Shown here: piece after piece, positions 18,735 to 26,781 of the stretch | Layout: every line of letters begins with the position of its first letter | Numbering within the stretch: position 1 is the stretch's first letter | Program-made: the position numbers and the translations under genes | The notes under the pieces: model-generated | The model's input: the letters and a program-made list of their open reading frames with translations, nothing else | Databases searched by the model: none | Told to the model about the DNA's origin: nothing | Assembly (NCBI GenBank): GCA_963841435.1 | Contig: CAWJCS010000005.1 | Span: 640,001 to 704,000 of the forward strand | Source of the DNA: an uncultured delta proteobacterium | GTDB lineage: Bacteria > Myxococcota_A > Polyangia > Polyangiales > Polyangiaceae | Reading direction: 5' to 3' | DNA: 64,000 nt

Positions 18735-20165
18735 GTGCAGCGCCGACTGAAACGAGCCCTGGGCGTCGCCGCCGCGGTGCTCGTCATCGCCCTCGGCGTG
18801 GCCGCGTTTCGCTTCGTCCGAATGCGCCTGCCGACGATCGTGACCGTGAGCACGACCACCCGCTACCAGGTCATCGACGGATGGGGCGTCTACCCACGCT
18901 ACTGGGAGGACGACAAGAAAGGCGACCGCTTCGATCGCTCGTTCGAGCGCTTCACGCAACCCACCTCGGAATTTCTCGTAAACGAGCTCGGCATCAACGC
19001 CGTGCGCATCGAGATCTGGAGCGGCCTCGAGAACCCGCACGATTATTGGATCGAGAACTACGAGGGGAAGATCGGTTATCGGGAATATGCGACGCATCGC
19101 TACGAAAAGGTCAACGACGACGGCGATCCGCACCACGTGAACCTCGCAGGCTTTCAGTTCTCCCGCTTCGACCATCGCATCGACAAGATGGTGTTGCCGC
19201 TGCTTCGAGCCATCGAGAAGCGAGGCGAGAAACCGTTCATCAACGTTTGCTACGTCAACTTCAAGTGGAAGGAATCGGATCGGCAAGGCAGCCTGAGCCA
19301 CGCTGACGAGCCCGAGGAGTTCGCCGAGTTCGTCAGCGTGTTCTTCGACCGCCTGCGCGACAAGTGGGGCATCGTGCCCGATAGCTTCGAGATCATCTTG
19401 GAGCCGGAAAACACCGAGCGCTGGCGTGGCCCGCAGATCGGTCGCGCGCTGCTCGCGGCGCGCGCTCGCCTGGTGGAGCACGGCTTCGACGCGCGCATGA
19501 TCGCGCCGTCGAACACGTCGATGTCGAACGCCATCAGCTACTTCGACGAGATGATCACCGTGCCGTCGGTGCTCGAGCACCTCGACACTTTCGCGTACCA
19601 CCGTTACCACCTCGAGCGGACGAGCAACGTCGAGAGCATCTGGCAGCGCGCAAACGAGCACGGCCTCAAGACGGCGATGCTCGAGAAAGTGGGCGCGGGC
19701 ATCGACGTGCTCTTCGAGGACCTCACGGTGGGGCACGTGTCGGCGTGGCAGCAGTGGGGCGTCGCGGATCGGCTCGGCGCGCCGGACGGAGGCGCCTTCT
19801 ACGCGATGGTCAACACCAAGGACGCGGCGCATCCACGCGTCCTACCGAGTAAGGGCGCAGAGCTGCTCGCACAGGTGTTCCGCTACGTGCGGCGAGGCGC
19901 AACCCGTGTCGGCGCCGAGAGCGACAATGGCGACAAGCGCGTCGTCGCCTTCGTGAACGCGGGGGGCCGCGCGGCCGTGATCGTGCGCGCCAAGCGCGCC
20001 GGGGGAGCGGTGACGGTGCGCGGGTTGCCGCCCGGGCGCTACGGCCTGCGCTACGTCGCCGACGGCGGTGCGCCCGTGGACCTCGCGGACAGCGTCGTCG
20101 CCGAGGGGGGCGAGCTCGCGACGAAGCTCCCCGGACCTGGCGCGCTCGCCGTTCACGCGCGCTGA
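18735..20165 (+). CDS. Membrane-anchored clan GH-A glycoside hydrolase (GH30-like)
   Basis: N-terminal TM, YQVIDGWG, LEPE (acid/base position), AYHRY, MLE (nucleophile-like), C-terminal VVAFVN beta-sandwich. Confidence 0.55.
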   Translation: MQRRLKRALGVAAAVLVIALGVAAFRFVRMRLPTIVTVSTTTRYQVIDGWGVYPRYWEDDKKGDRFDRSFERFTQPTSEFLVNELGINAVRIEIWSGLENPHDYWIENYEGKIGYREYATHRYEKVNDDGDPHHVNLAGFQFSRFDHRIDKMVLPLLRAIEKRGEKPFINVCYVNFKWKESDRQGSLSHADEPEEFAEFVSVFFDRLRDKWGIVPDSFEIILEPENTERWRGPQIGRALLAARARLVEHGFDARMIAPSNTSMSNAISYFDEMITVPSVLEHLDTFAYHRYHLERTSNVESIWQRANEHGLKTAMLEKVGAGIDVLFEDLTVGHVSAWQQWGVADRLGAPDGGAFYAMVNTKDAAHPRVLPSKGAELLAQVFRYVRRGATRVGAESDNGDKRVVAFVNAGGRAAVIVRAKRAGGAVTVRGLPPGRYGLRYVADGGAPVDLADSVVAEGGELATKLPGPGALAVHAR

Positions 20166-20285
20166 CGCCGGGGCCCGCTTCCACCCTCGCTGGAACGACG
20201 CGAGTCGCGACGGATCCCACCGCGACCCGCGTTGAAGGGGGACAACGCCGGTCGTTCGGATCGGCACCACCAACGAGGAAACACC

Positions 20286-20709
20286 ATGAAATCCATCCCC
20301 TTCGTCGCCACGCTCGCTGCGCTCACCACGTTCGGCGGGCTCGCCCTCGCCCACGGCGGTGGCGAAAAGTGGTTCGACAAGATCGACCAGAACCACGACG
20401 GCAAGGTCACGAGCGCCGAGGCTGACGCCGCCGCGAAGGCGCACTTCACCGCACTCGACAAGAACAAGGACAACGTGCTCGCCGGCGACGAGCTCAAGGG
20501 GCGCGGCGCCCGGATGATGCAGCGAGTCGAACACCAACCACGACCAGAAGATCACGCTGGCCGAGATGCAGGCCGCCCGCCAGGCCATGTTCGCTCGGCT
20601 CGACACCAACAAGGACAAGGTCGTGACGCGCGACGAGCTCGCCGCGGGTCACGAGCGCTCCAAGGAGCATGCGGGCAAGCACGATCGTGGTCACTGCCGC
20701 GACAAGTGA
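20286..20709 (+). CDS. Secreted four-EF-hand protein; apparent +1 frameshift at about 20530
   Basis: Signal peptide; DQNHDGKVT and DKNKDNVL. Removing one A restores DTNHDQKITLAE and DTNKDKVVTRDE, with stop at 20709. Confidence 0.82.
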
Positions 20710-20737
20710 ACGTGGTAGACGTGTCCGTGCAGACGAC

Positions 20738-21307
20738 GTGGCCACCCAAGAGCCTCCGATCGACGACGACGCCGAGCTCGTTTTGCGCGTGGGTCACGGT
20801 GACGTGGCCTCGTACCGCGAGCTCGTGCGTCGTCACGCCAGCAAGCTCCAGAGTTTCTCGAAGCGGCTGCTGCGCGACGAGACCGAGGCGGAGGACGTCG
20901 TCCAAGAGACGTTCCTCCGCCTCTGGCAGCGCGCCCGCGACTTCACGCCGAGCGCGCGCTTTTCGACCTGGCTCTTTCGCATCGCACACAACCTGGCCGT
21001 CAACCGGCTCCGCGCACGCGGCCGGCTTTCGGCTCTCGACGACGACGCCCAGCCGGTCTCGGCGGCGCAGCCCGCGCTGCTCGACGAGAAACGTCGGGCC
21101 GAAGCACTCGAAGCGGCGCTGCGCGAGCTGCCCCCACGCCAGGGGGCGGCGATGACGCTCGTGCATTTGCACGGTCTGAGCGGCGCCGAGGCCGCCGAGG
21201 TGCTCGGCATCGGCAGCGAAGCGCTCGAATCGCTGCTCGCGCGCGCTCGCCGCGCCCTGAAGGCCGAGCTCGCGCAGAGCCTCTCGAACGAGGAACCGAA
21301 CCGATGA
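20738..21307 (+). CDS. ECF sigma-70 factor
   Basis: DAELV, EAEDVVQETFLRLW, FSTWLFRIAHN, LPPRQ, ESLLARARRALK. Start uncertain. Confidence 0.92.
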   Translation: MATQEPPIDDDAELVLRVGHGDVASYRELVRRHASKLQSFSKRLLRDETEAEDVVQETFLRLWQRARDFTPSARFSTWLFRIAHNLAVNRLRARGRLSALDDDAQPVSAAQPALLDEKRRAEALEAALRELPPRQGAAMTLVHLHGLSGAEAAEVLGIGSEALESLLARARRALKAELAQSLSNEEPNR

Positions 21308-21792
21308 AAGAGCCGCTCACGCTGGAACGATTTCGCGCTTTGCTCGCCGCCTACGGCGCACGGCCGGAGCGCTGGCCCACCGAGGAACGAGAGCAGGCGC
21401 TCTCGCTCGTCGCGAGCTCGCCCGAGGCCGAGGCGCTGCTCGCCGGAGAAGCCGAGCTCGACGGGGCGCTCGCGGTGCTCGAGCCCCGAGAGGTCGGTGC
21501 TGACCTCATGCGCCGGTTGAACGAGATCCCGGTGCGTTTCCCACGCGAGCGGAAGGCGTCGGCGCGCTTCGGTGTGGTCGCGGCGCTCGGCTGGGCGATG
21601 GCGGCGGCGTTCGGGATGATCCTTGGCGCGCGGTCGGTGGACGTCGAGGCTATGACGGCGGAGCCCGGCGCGTCGGACACGTTCGCCGTCCAGGCCGATG
21701 ACGGGCAGTCGCCGACGACCGCGAGCGACCAGGACGACGACATGGTCGCCCTCGCGCTCGGATCGATGGGAGACCTCGGAGAGGAGCCATGA
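21304..21792 (+). CDS. Putative single-TM anti-sigma factor
   Basis: TLERFRALLAAYGARPERWPTEER N-terminus and one TM helix; overlaps the sigma stop (ATGA). Confidence 0.7.
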   Translation: MKEPLTLERFRALLAAYGARPERWPTEEREQALSLVASSPEAEALLAGEAELDGALAVLEPREVGADLMRRLNEIPVRFPRERKASARFGVVAALGWAMAAAFGMILGARSVDVEAMTAEPGASDTFAVQADDGQSPTTASDQDDDMVALALGSMGDLGEEP

Positions 21793-22220
21793 TGCTGTCG
21801 CCTTCCCACTACCGGCTATTTTTCGCGATCTCGCTCGGCGTGAACGTGCTGTTCGCGGGGCTCTGGGTGGGTCGGGCCGTGGAGCGGCACCGCATGGCCG
21901 CACGCGCGCCCGAGCGCCACGCGCTACGCCATCGACCGCGAGCCCTCGGGCCGTGGGCGGCCGTCATCGAGCATCGGCCCGAGCTGTCGGCCCGGCGTGG
22001 CGCCACGCGCGCGGCGCGCGCCGAAGCTCGCGCCGCGCTCGCGCGGGAGCCCTTCGACGCCGCAGCGCTCGACAAGGCCCTCGCCGGGCTGCGCACCGAA
22101 ACGATGACGAGCCAGGAAACGCTGCACCGTGCGCTCGTCGAGACCGCGCGCAAAGCGACGCCCGCAGAGCGCCACGCGCTCGCGCGAACCTTCGACCTCA
22201 GAGCTCGCCCCACGCGCTAG
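21789..22220 (+). CDS. Periplasmic heavy-metal sensor family protein (CnrX/ZraP/Spy-like)
   Basis: SLGVNVLFAG TM, EPFDAAALDKAL, TPAERHAL helical motifs; overlaps the upstream stop. Confidence 0.72.
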   Translation: MMLSPSHYRLFFAISLGVNVLFAGLWVGRAVERHRMAARAPERHALRHRPRALGPWAAVIEHRPELSARRGATRAARAEARAALAREPFDAAALDKALAGLRTETMTSQETLHRALVETARKATPAERHALARTFDLRARPTR

Positions 22221-22238
22221 CCAGGTCTCCACGGGAAG

Positions 22239-23165
22239 TCACCGTGCGGGCGTGATGACGACGCCGAGCTCGGCGCCGAACAGGCCTCCCCCGATCCGCA
22301 ACGTGCGCGCAGCGTCGATACCAACCGGCACGCGCCGAAGCGCCACGCCGCCGAGCACGCCGAGCTCGAGCCTCACGCTTCGCGTCAAGCGCCGCTCGAG
22401 CCGCACACCCCCCGCGGCGCGCGCCCACCAGCTCTCGCGCTCGCCACGCATCCCGTTCACCGACTCGACGCCGTCGAAGGCAATCAGCATGGCTTCCGTC
22501 CGGAGCGCGAGCTCGAGATCGGTGTGGGAGCCGAGCACGATGCGGTAGGCGGGGCCCGCACGGAGCCCGAGCGCCGCCACCGCGGTGCGGGTCGGGGACA
22601 GCGCGCCGAACGTCCAGGCAGTGCCGACGTCGAGGCGGAGCCGCCGCCAGACGTGTAGCTCGGCGTCGAAGGTTGGCCCCGCGAGGAACAGGTCGGGCAC
22701 GCGAGTCCATTCCACCCCCGCACGCAGCGCGCGCGGGCCATCGAGCGTGCGCATCGCGAGGAGGCGTGCTTCGCGCTCGGCGCGACGCCGCTTGCGCTCC
22801 TGGGCCGCGGCGTCGGCGTAGCGCTTTTGACGCAGACCGCGCGCTAGCTCGGCGGCAGCGAGCGCCACGCGGCGCGCAGCCACGGAAGGCGAAGCGCGCA
22901 CACCAGAGACCAGCCGGGCCCCGAATCGTTCGCCTCGTTCCCAGAGCTCCACGCGCAGCTGGCTCGTGTCTGCCGACAGCACGCGCACGAACAGGGCCGC
23001 CTCGGTCGTGCCCGGACGGGGGGGCACGAAAACCTCGGACAGCTCGAGCTGGATCAGCCTGCGAATGGCACGCGCATCGAGCATGGCCTCGACGCGCGGC
23101 TCGACCTCGATCGCGACCACACGCGTCGCCGCGCGACACGGGGCCGCGACGAAGAGAGCGCACAA
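22239..23165 (-). CDS. Hypothetical exported protein with a beta-barrel-like C-terminus
   Basis: Signal-like N-terminus, alternating amphipathic strands ending GLFGAELGVVITPAR. Start uncertain. Confidence 0.6.
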   Translation of the reverse strand: MCALFVAAPCRAATRVVAIEVEPRVEAMLDARAIRRLIQLELSEVFVPPRPGTTEAALFVRVLSADTSQLRVELWERGERFGARLVSGVRASPSVAARRVALAAAELARGLRQKRYADAAAQERKRRRAEREARLLAMRTLDGPRALRAGVEWTRVPDLFLAGPTFDAELHVWRRLRLDVGTAWTFGALSPTRTAVAALGLRAGPAYRIVLGSHTDLELALRTEAMLIAFDGVESVNGMRGERESWWARAAGGVRLERRLTRSVRLELGVLGGVALRRVPVGIDAARTLRIGGGLFGAELGVVITPAR

Positions 23166-23193
23166 CAGCGTCGCGACGAGCGCGACCGCTCGA

Positions 23194-24192
23194 CTATTCC
23201 CGAGGCTCCTCGTGCGCGGGCGCCGAGGTCTCGTCAACCGAGGGGTCGGCGTCGTCGGCGGGCAGCTCCGAGTCGTCCGGGGACGACGAGGTCGCACCGG
23301 CGGCCTTGAGCGTACGCCGCTCGAGCTCGGCACGGAGCTCAGTGAGCCGCGGGCCGTTCGGGAACTCGTGTTCATATTGAGCGACAAGCCGGGCCGAGAG
23401 CTCCAAATCCCCGCGCGCGAACGCCGCGTCGACTTCGTGGGCGAGCGCATCTTGGGCGAAATCGCCGCTCGGAGACAAGCGCCGGTAGAGGGAGAACGCC
23501 TCCGCGGCGCCCGCCTGGTCGCCGGCCTGCTCGAGCAAGTTGCCGAGCGTCCACGCGGCGTCGGGCGCCTCGGGCGCGTTCGGGAAGCCGCCGACCACGC
23601 GCCGGAGCGCCAGCACGGCGCGCTCCCGGCTGCCCGAGGCGCGCGCGATGTCCACGAGCGTCATCAGCTCGGGCGCCGAGGCGACCTCGATGGCGGCCTC
23701 GAAGCCACCCTGCGCCTCGAGCGCGGTGCGCGCCGCCTCGAAATCACCGGCTTCGGCCAGGCGCTCCCACGCGGGCGGCGCCGACACGGGCGCGGGCGCA
23801 TCGACGACCGTCGGCGCCGGCGCTGCGAGCGCCACGGGAGAGCTCGCGAGCACGGGCGCACGGCTGCGGAGCGGCTGACGCGCCGTCGGTGCGGGCTTCG
23901 GTGCCTCGGGACGCTGGATCCCGGGCCGCGCGGGACCCGCTGCTGGCTCGAGCACGACGGGCTGCTCGGCGCTCAGCGACGGCGCCGCCGCGGGGCGGCT
24001 CCAGCGCGAGCCCACGAACACGCCGCCACCGAACACGAGCACCAACGCCGCAGCGCGCAAAAGTGGCTCGCGCCGCGGCTCGCTCGTCGTCGAGAGCCGG
24101 CGCTCGAGCCGCCGCCATCCGGCGTCGACACGTAACCGGGAGCCGTGGTCACGCAACGGCAGGCTGTCGAGGTCCTCGAAGCGCCGCGTCAT
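23194..24192 (-). CDS. Putative anti-sigma factor: TM, Pro-rich linker and TPR domain
   Basis: TM ALVLVFGGGVFVG; TPR-like AWTLGNLLEQAGD, YRRLSPSG, YEHEFPNGPR; overlaps the sigma stop. Confidence 0.7.
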   Translation of the reverse strand: MTRRFEDLDSLPLRDHGSRLRVDAGWRRLERRLSTTSEPRREPLLRAAALVLVFGGGVFVGSRWSRPAAAPSLSAEQPVVLEPAAGPARPGIQRPEAPKPAPTARQPLRSRAPVLASSPVALAAPAPTVVDAPAPVSAPPAWERLAEAGDFEAARTALEAQGGFEAAIEVASAPELMTLVDIARASGSRERAVLALRRVVGGFPNAPEAPDAAWTLGNLLEQAGDQAGAAEAFSLYRRLSPSGDFAQDALAHEVDAAFARGDLELSARLVAQYEHEFPNGPRLTELRAELERRTLKAAGATSSSPDDSELPADDADPSVDETSAPAHEEPRE

Positions 24193-24833
24193 GAGTCCTC
24201 CCCGAAGGGCGAAACGAAATGCTCGTCGAGAAAGCGCTCGGCGCGCAAGATGCGACGCTTGGCCGTCGCGAGCGAGCAGCCCGTGAGCTCCGCGACGGCC
24301 GTCAGGCGGTGGCGTTCGACGTGTCGAAGGGTCCAGGCGATGCGCTCGTCGGTCGGCAGCGTCTGCAGAAGCGCATAGGCCTGGGCGAGGAGCGCGCGCA
24401 CTTCGGGATCGGCATCCGGCGAGGCGATCGCGTCGAGGTCGACGGGCTCGGGCGCGGACAGACCGAGCAGCGCCGTGAGGCGGCGACGACGAAGCCGGCT
24501 GCGCACGAGGCGCACGACGATGCTCCCGAGCCAGGACCGGAAGGCGGCGGTGTCCCGCAGCTCGTCGAGGCGCTGGTGGGCACGAAGGAAGGCGTCGTGC
24601 ACGATGTCCTCGACGTCCCCCGAGCTGCCCTGGATGCGGACGGAGAGATTGAGGGCGAAGCCCGCGTGCCGCCGGTAGAGCCCTTCGAAGGCCGCGGTGT
24701 CACCGCGCCGCGTGCGGCTGACGAGCTCGGCGTCGGCCGGCTCCTCCGGCGGGCTGTCTGCCTGTTCCGCAGCGGCCCGGGCGGCGACGAGCCGAAGGCG
24801 GGGGACCTGAGGGGAGCGCTGAGCCATCGCCAA
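24189..24833 (-). CDS. ECF sigma-70 factor
   Basis: DAELVSR..GDTAAFEGLYRRH, EDIVHDAFLRA, FRSWL, CSLATAKRRI. Confidence 0.92.
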   Translation of the reverse strand: MAMAQRSPQVPRLRLVAARAAAEQADSPPEEPADAELVSRTRRGDTAAFEGLYRRHAGFALNLSVRIQGSSGDVEDIVHDAFLRAHQRLDELRDTAAFRSWLGSIVVRLVRSRLRRRRLTALLGLSAPEPVDLDAIASPDADPEVRALLAQAYALLQTLPTDERIAWTLRHVERHRLTAVAELTGCSLATAKRRILRAERFLDEHFVSPFGEDS

Positions 24834-24884
24834 GGTGCTTTGAGAATGGACGCGAAGAGTAAACGTTTCGGCTCACGGCCCCCA

Positions 24885-25020
24885 CTCACAATCGTAAAAT
24901 ATCGTAACCATTATACTTTTTTCTTTTTTTGGTCGGGCGTGAGCTGCTTCGACTAGACCGGGCGTCTCAAAGACGGCCCGAGCGCACCCCTTATTGGCGT
25001 CTCGGCAGGAAGGAATTAAC
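24885..25020 (+). promoter_or_regulatory. AT-rich divergent promoter region and structured 5' leader of the small lipoprotein gene
   Basis: TAAAAT at 24895, TATACT at 24912, a T-run, hairpin CGGGC-GTCT-CAA-AGAC-G-GCCCG, RBS GAAGGA. Confidence 0.45.
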
Positions 25021-25023
25021 CAA

Positions 25024-25236
25024 ATGTCGAAGATTGTTGCACTCTTCCCGGTTGCGCTCCTTGCGTTTGCTTGCGGCGGTGGCGAGGCCACTCCGGAAGC
25101 TGCTGCCCCCGAGGCTCCCGCCGAGGCTGCTCCGGCTCCGGCCGAGGGCGACGCGGCTGCGGCTCCCGCCGAGGGCGACGCTGCTCCGGCCGAGGGCGGC
25201 GACGCTGCGGCGGCGCCGGCTGAGGAAGCGAAGTAA
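25024..25236 (+). CDS. Small Ala/Pro/Glu-rich lipoprotein (70 aa)
   Basis: MSKIVALFPVALLAFA|CGGG followed by APAEG(D/G) repeats, ending EEAK*. Confidence 0.85.
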   Translation: MSKIVALFPVALLAFACGGGEATPEAAAPEAPAEAAPAPAEGDAAAAPAEGDAAPAEGGDAAAAPAEEAK

Positions 25237-25253
25237 TTCGCTAGCCGTAAGGC

Positions 25254-25298
25254 GAGGATGCGGCCGGGGCGCTCAGGCGTCTCGGCCGTTTCTTTTTG
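25254..25298 (+). terminator. Rho-independent terminator
   Basis: CGGCCGGGGCGC-TCAG-GCGTCTCGGCCG then TTTCTTTTT. Confidence 0.75.
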
Positions 25299-25346
25299 TC
25301 GGGCCCGGCCCGACCGCGACGCACAACGCTCGGGCGGCGTCGTGGC

Positions 25347-26720
25347 TCAGGCCGCGCGCCCCGCCTGATAGTCGACGACGAGCCGCGTGCGCCCCACGAG
25401 AAGCTCGTCGCCGTGCGAGAGCTCTTGCTCCCCGCGCACACGGACGAAGACGCCCGTCCGCGAACCGAGATCGGTGAGCACCATCGTGCCCGCCTGCTCT
25501 TCGATGAGGCAGTGCTGCTCGCCCACGAGCGGGTCGTCGGGGAAGACTAGGTCGCCGATAGCCGAGCCAATCTGCAGCGTGTTGCCGCGCGCCACCACGC
25601 AGCACCCCGGCGCACCTCCTTCGAACATCTGGAGCACGCGGAACGACGACGGCCACTTCGGTGACGAGTAGAAGTAGGTAGGGTTCGGATCGGGGCCGTC
25701 GTCCGCGACCGGGTTTCGCTGGATGCTGAGCAGCTGGTCTCCGACGATGAACTCGTCGCCCATCTCGAGCTCCACGGGCGTGCGGATGCGCAGGAACACC
25801 CCGTTTCCCCCATCGAGATCCTCGAGCAACAGGTGGCCGTCGCGCACGCTCACCACGGCCTCGCGCGGATGGCAGAAGCGCTCTCCGGGCAAGCTCACGT
25901 CGCCCTCCGCACCGATCACCGACGGCGTGGCGGGCAGGTCGTAGCGCTCGGGGCCGCCCGTGAGGCTTCTGAGCACGTGTAACGTGTAGAGCGCCTGCGC
26001 GGCCCGGGCAGCGGTGGGCGCCGCGGGAGGCTCGGGCGAAGGCGCCACCGAAGGGGACGTCGCGTCCTTCTTCTTCGCGAGCTTCTTGATGTCGTCGACG
26101 TTCGGGGGCTCGGTGAGAAGGTCCATGCCCCCCATCGCCTTGCCCGCCATGATCGCATCGAAGCGCCCCTGCCTCAGCATCAGCACCATCTCGAGGTGCT
26201 GCGCCTTCATCAGCCCGCGCACGAACTCGGCCACGTCGGCGCGGAGTACCTGCTCGGCGTAGGAGCGCTTGTGGCTCTTGATGATACGGCCCCCGTCCGC
26301 GAACAGGTGCGTGACGACGTGCGGCTGATCGAGCCCCGAATCCTCGGTCTGAACGTGGAAGACCTGGTTCAGGAACTTGATGTTGTTGTTGAAACCCATC
26401 TGGGCGCGCCGAAAGCTCGGCCGGCGCATCTCGGCCTCGAGCTTGGCGAGCTCCTCGGATGCGTAGCGCGCGATCGTGGCGTCGAGCTCCGCGTGCTCAC
26501 CCGGGACGCCCTCCATGCGCTCGAACGCCATCTGCGCGATACGCGCCGCGGGATCAACGCGCAGCGCTTCCGCAAGCAGGCCCTGCCCCTCGGCGTCGTT
26601 CGGGCCGTTGGCGGCCCAAGCGGCGAGCAGTGCCACGCTTTCGTCGGGCCGGCCTTTTTCGACCAACCACTTGGCGACACGCAGCGCCACTGCGCGCTGG
26701 CCCTGGGGGTCCGCCGACAT
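25347..26720 (-). CDS. Protein with two FHA-like domains and an uncharacterised N-terminal region
   Basis: LEDLDGGNGVFLRI...LEMGDEFIVGDQ and LTDLGSRTGVFVRV...LSHGDELLVG; middle segment FHVQTEDSG. Confidence 0.8.
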   Translation of the reverse strand: MSADPQGQRAVALRVAKWLVEKGRPDESVALLAAWAANGPNDAEGQGLLAEALRVDPAARIAQMAFERMEGVPGEHAELDATIARYASEELAKLEAEMRRPSFRRAQMGFNNNIKFLNQVFHVQTEDSGLDQPHVVTHLFADGGRIIKSHKRSYAEQVLRADVAEFVRGLMKAQHLEMVLMLRQGRFDAIMAGKAMGGMDLLTEPPNVDDIKKLAKKKDATSPSVAPSPEPPAAPTAARAAQALYTLHVLRSLTGGPERYDLPATPSVIGAEGDVSLPGERFCHPREAVVSVRDGHLLLEDLDGGNGVFLRIRTPVELEMGDEFIVGDQLLSIQRNPVADDGPDPNPTYFYSSPKWPSSFRVLQMFEGGAPGCCVVARGNTLQIGSAIGDLVFPDDPLVGEQHCLIEEQAGTMVLTDLGSRTGVFVRVRGEQELSHGDELLVGRTRLVVDYQAGRAA

Positions 26721-26781
26721 GCGGAGGCGAGCTTAGCTTATCCGGGCCCTTTGTGAACCGATCGCGCCCGGGCGTCCCCTC

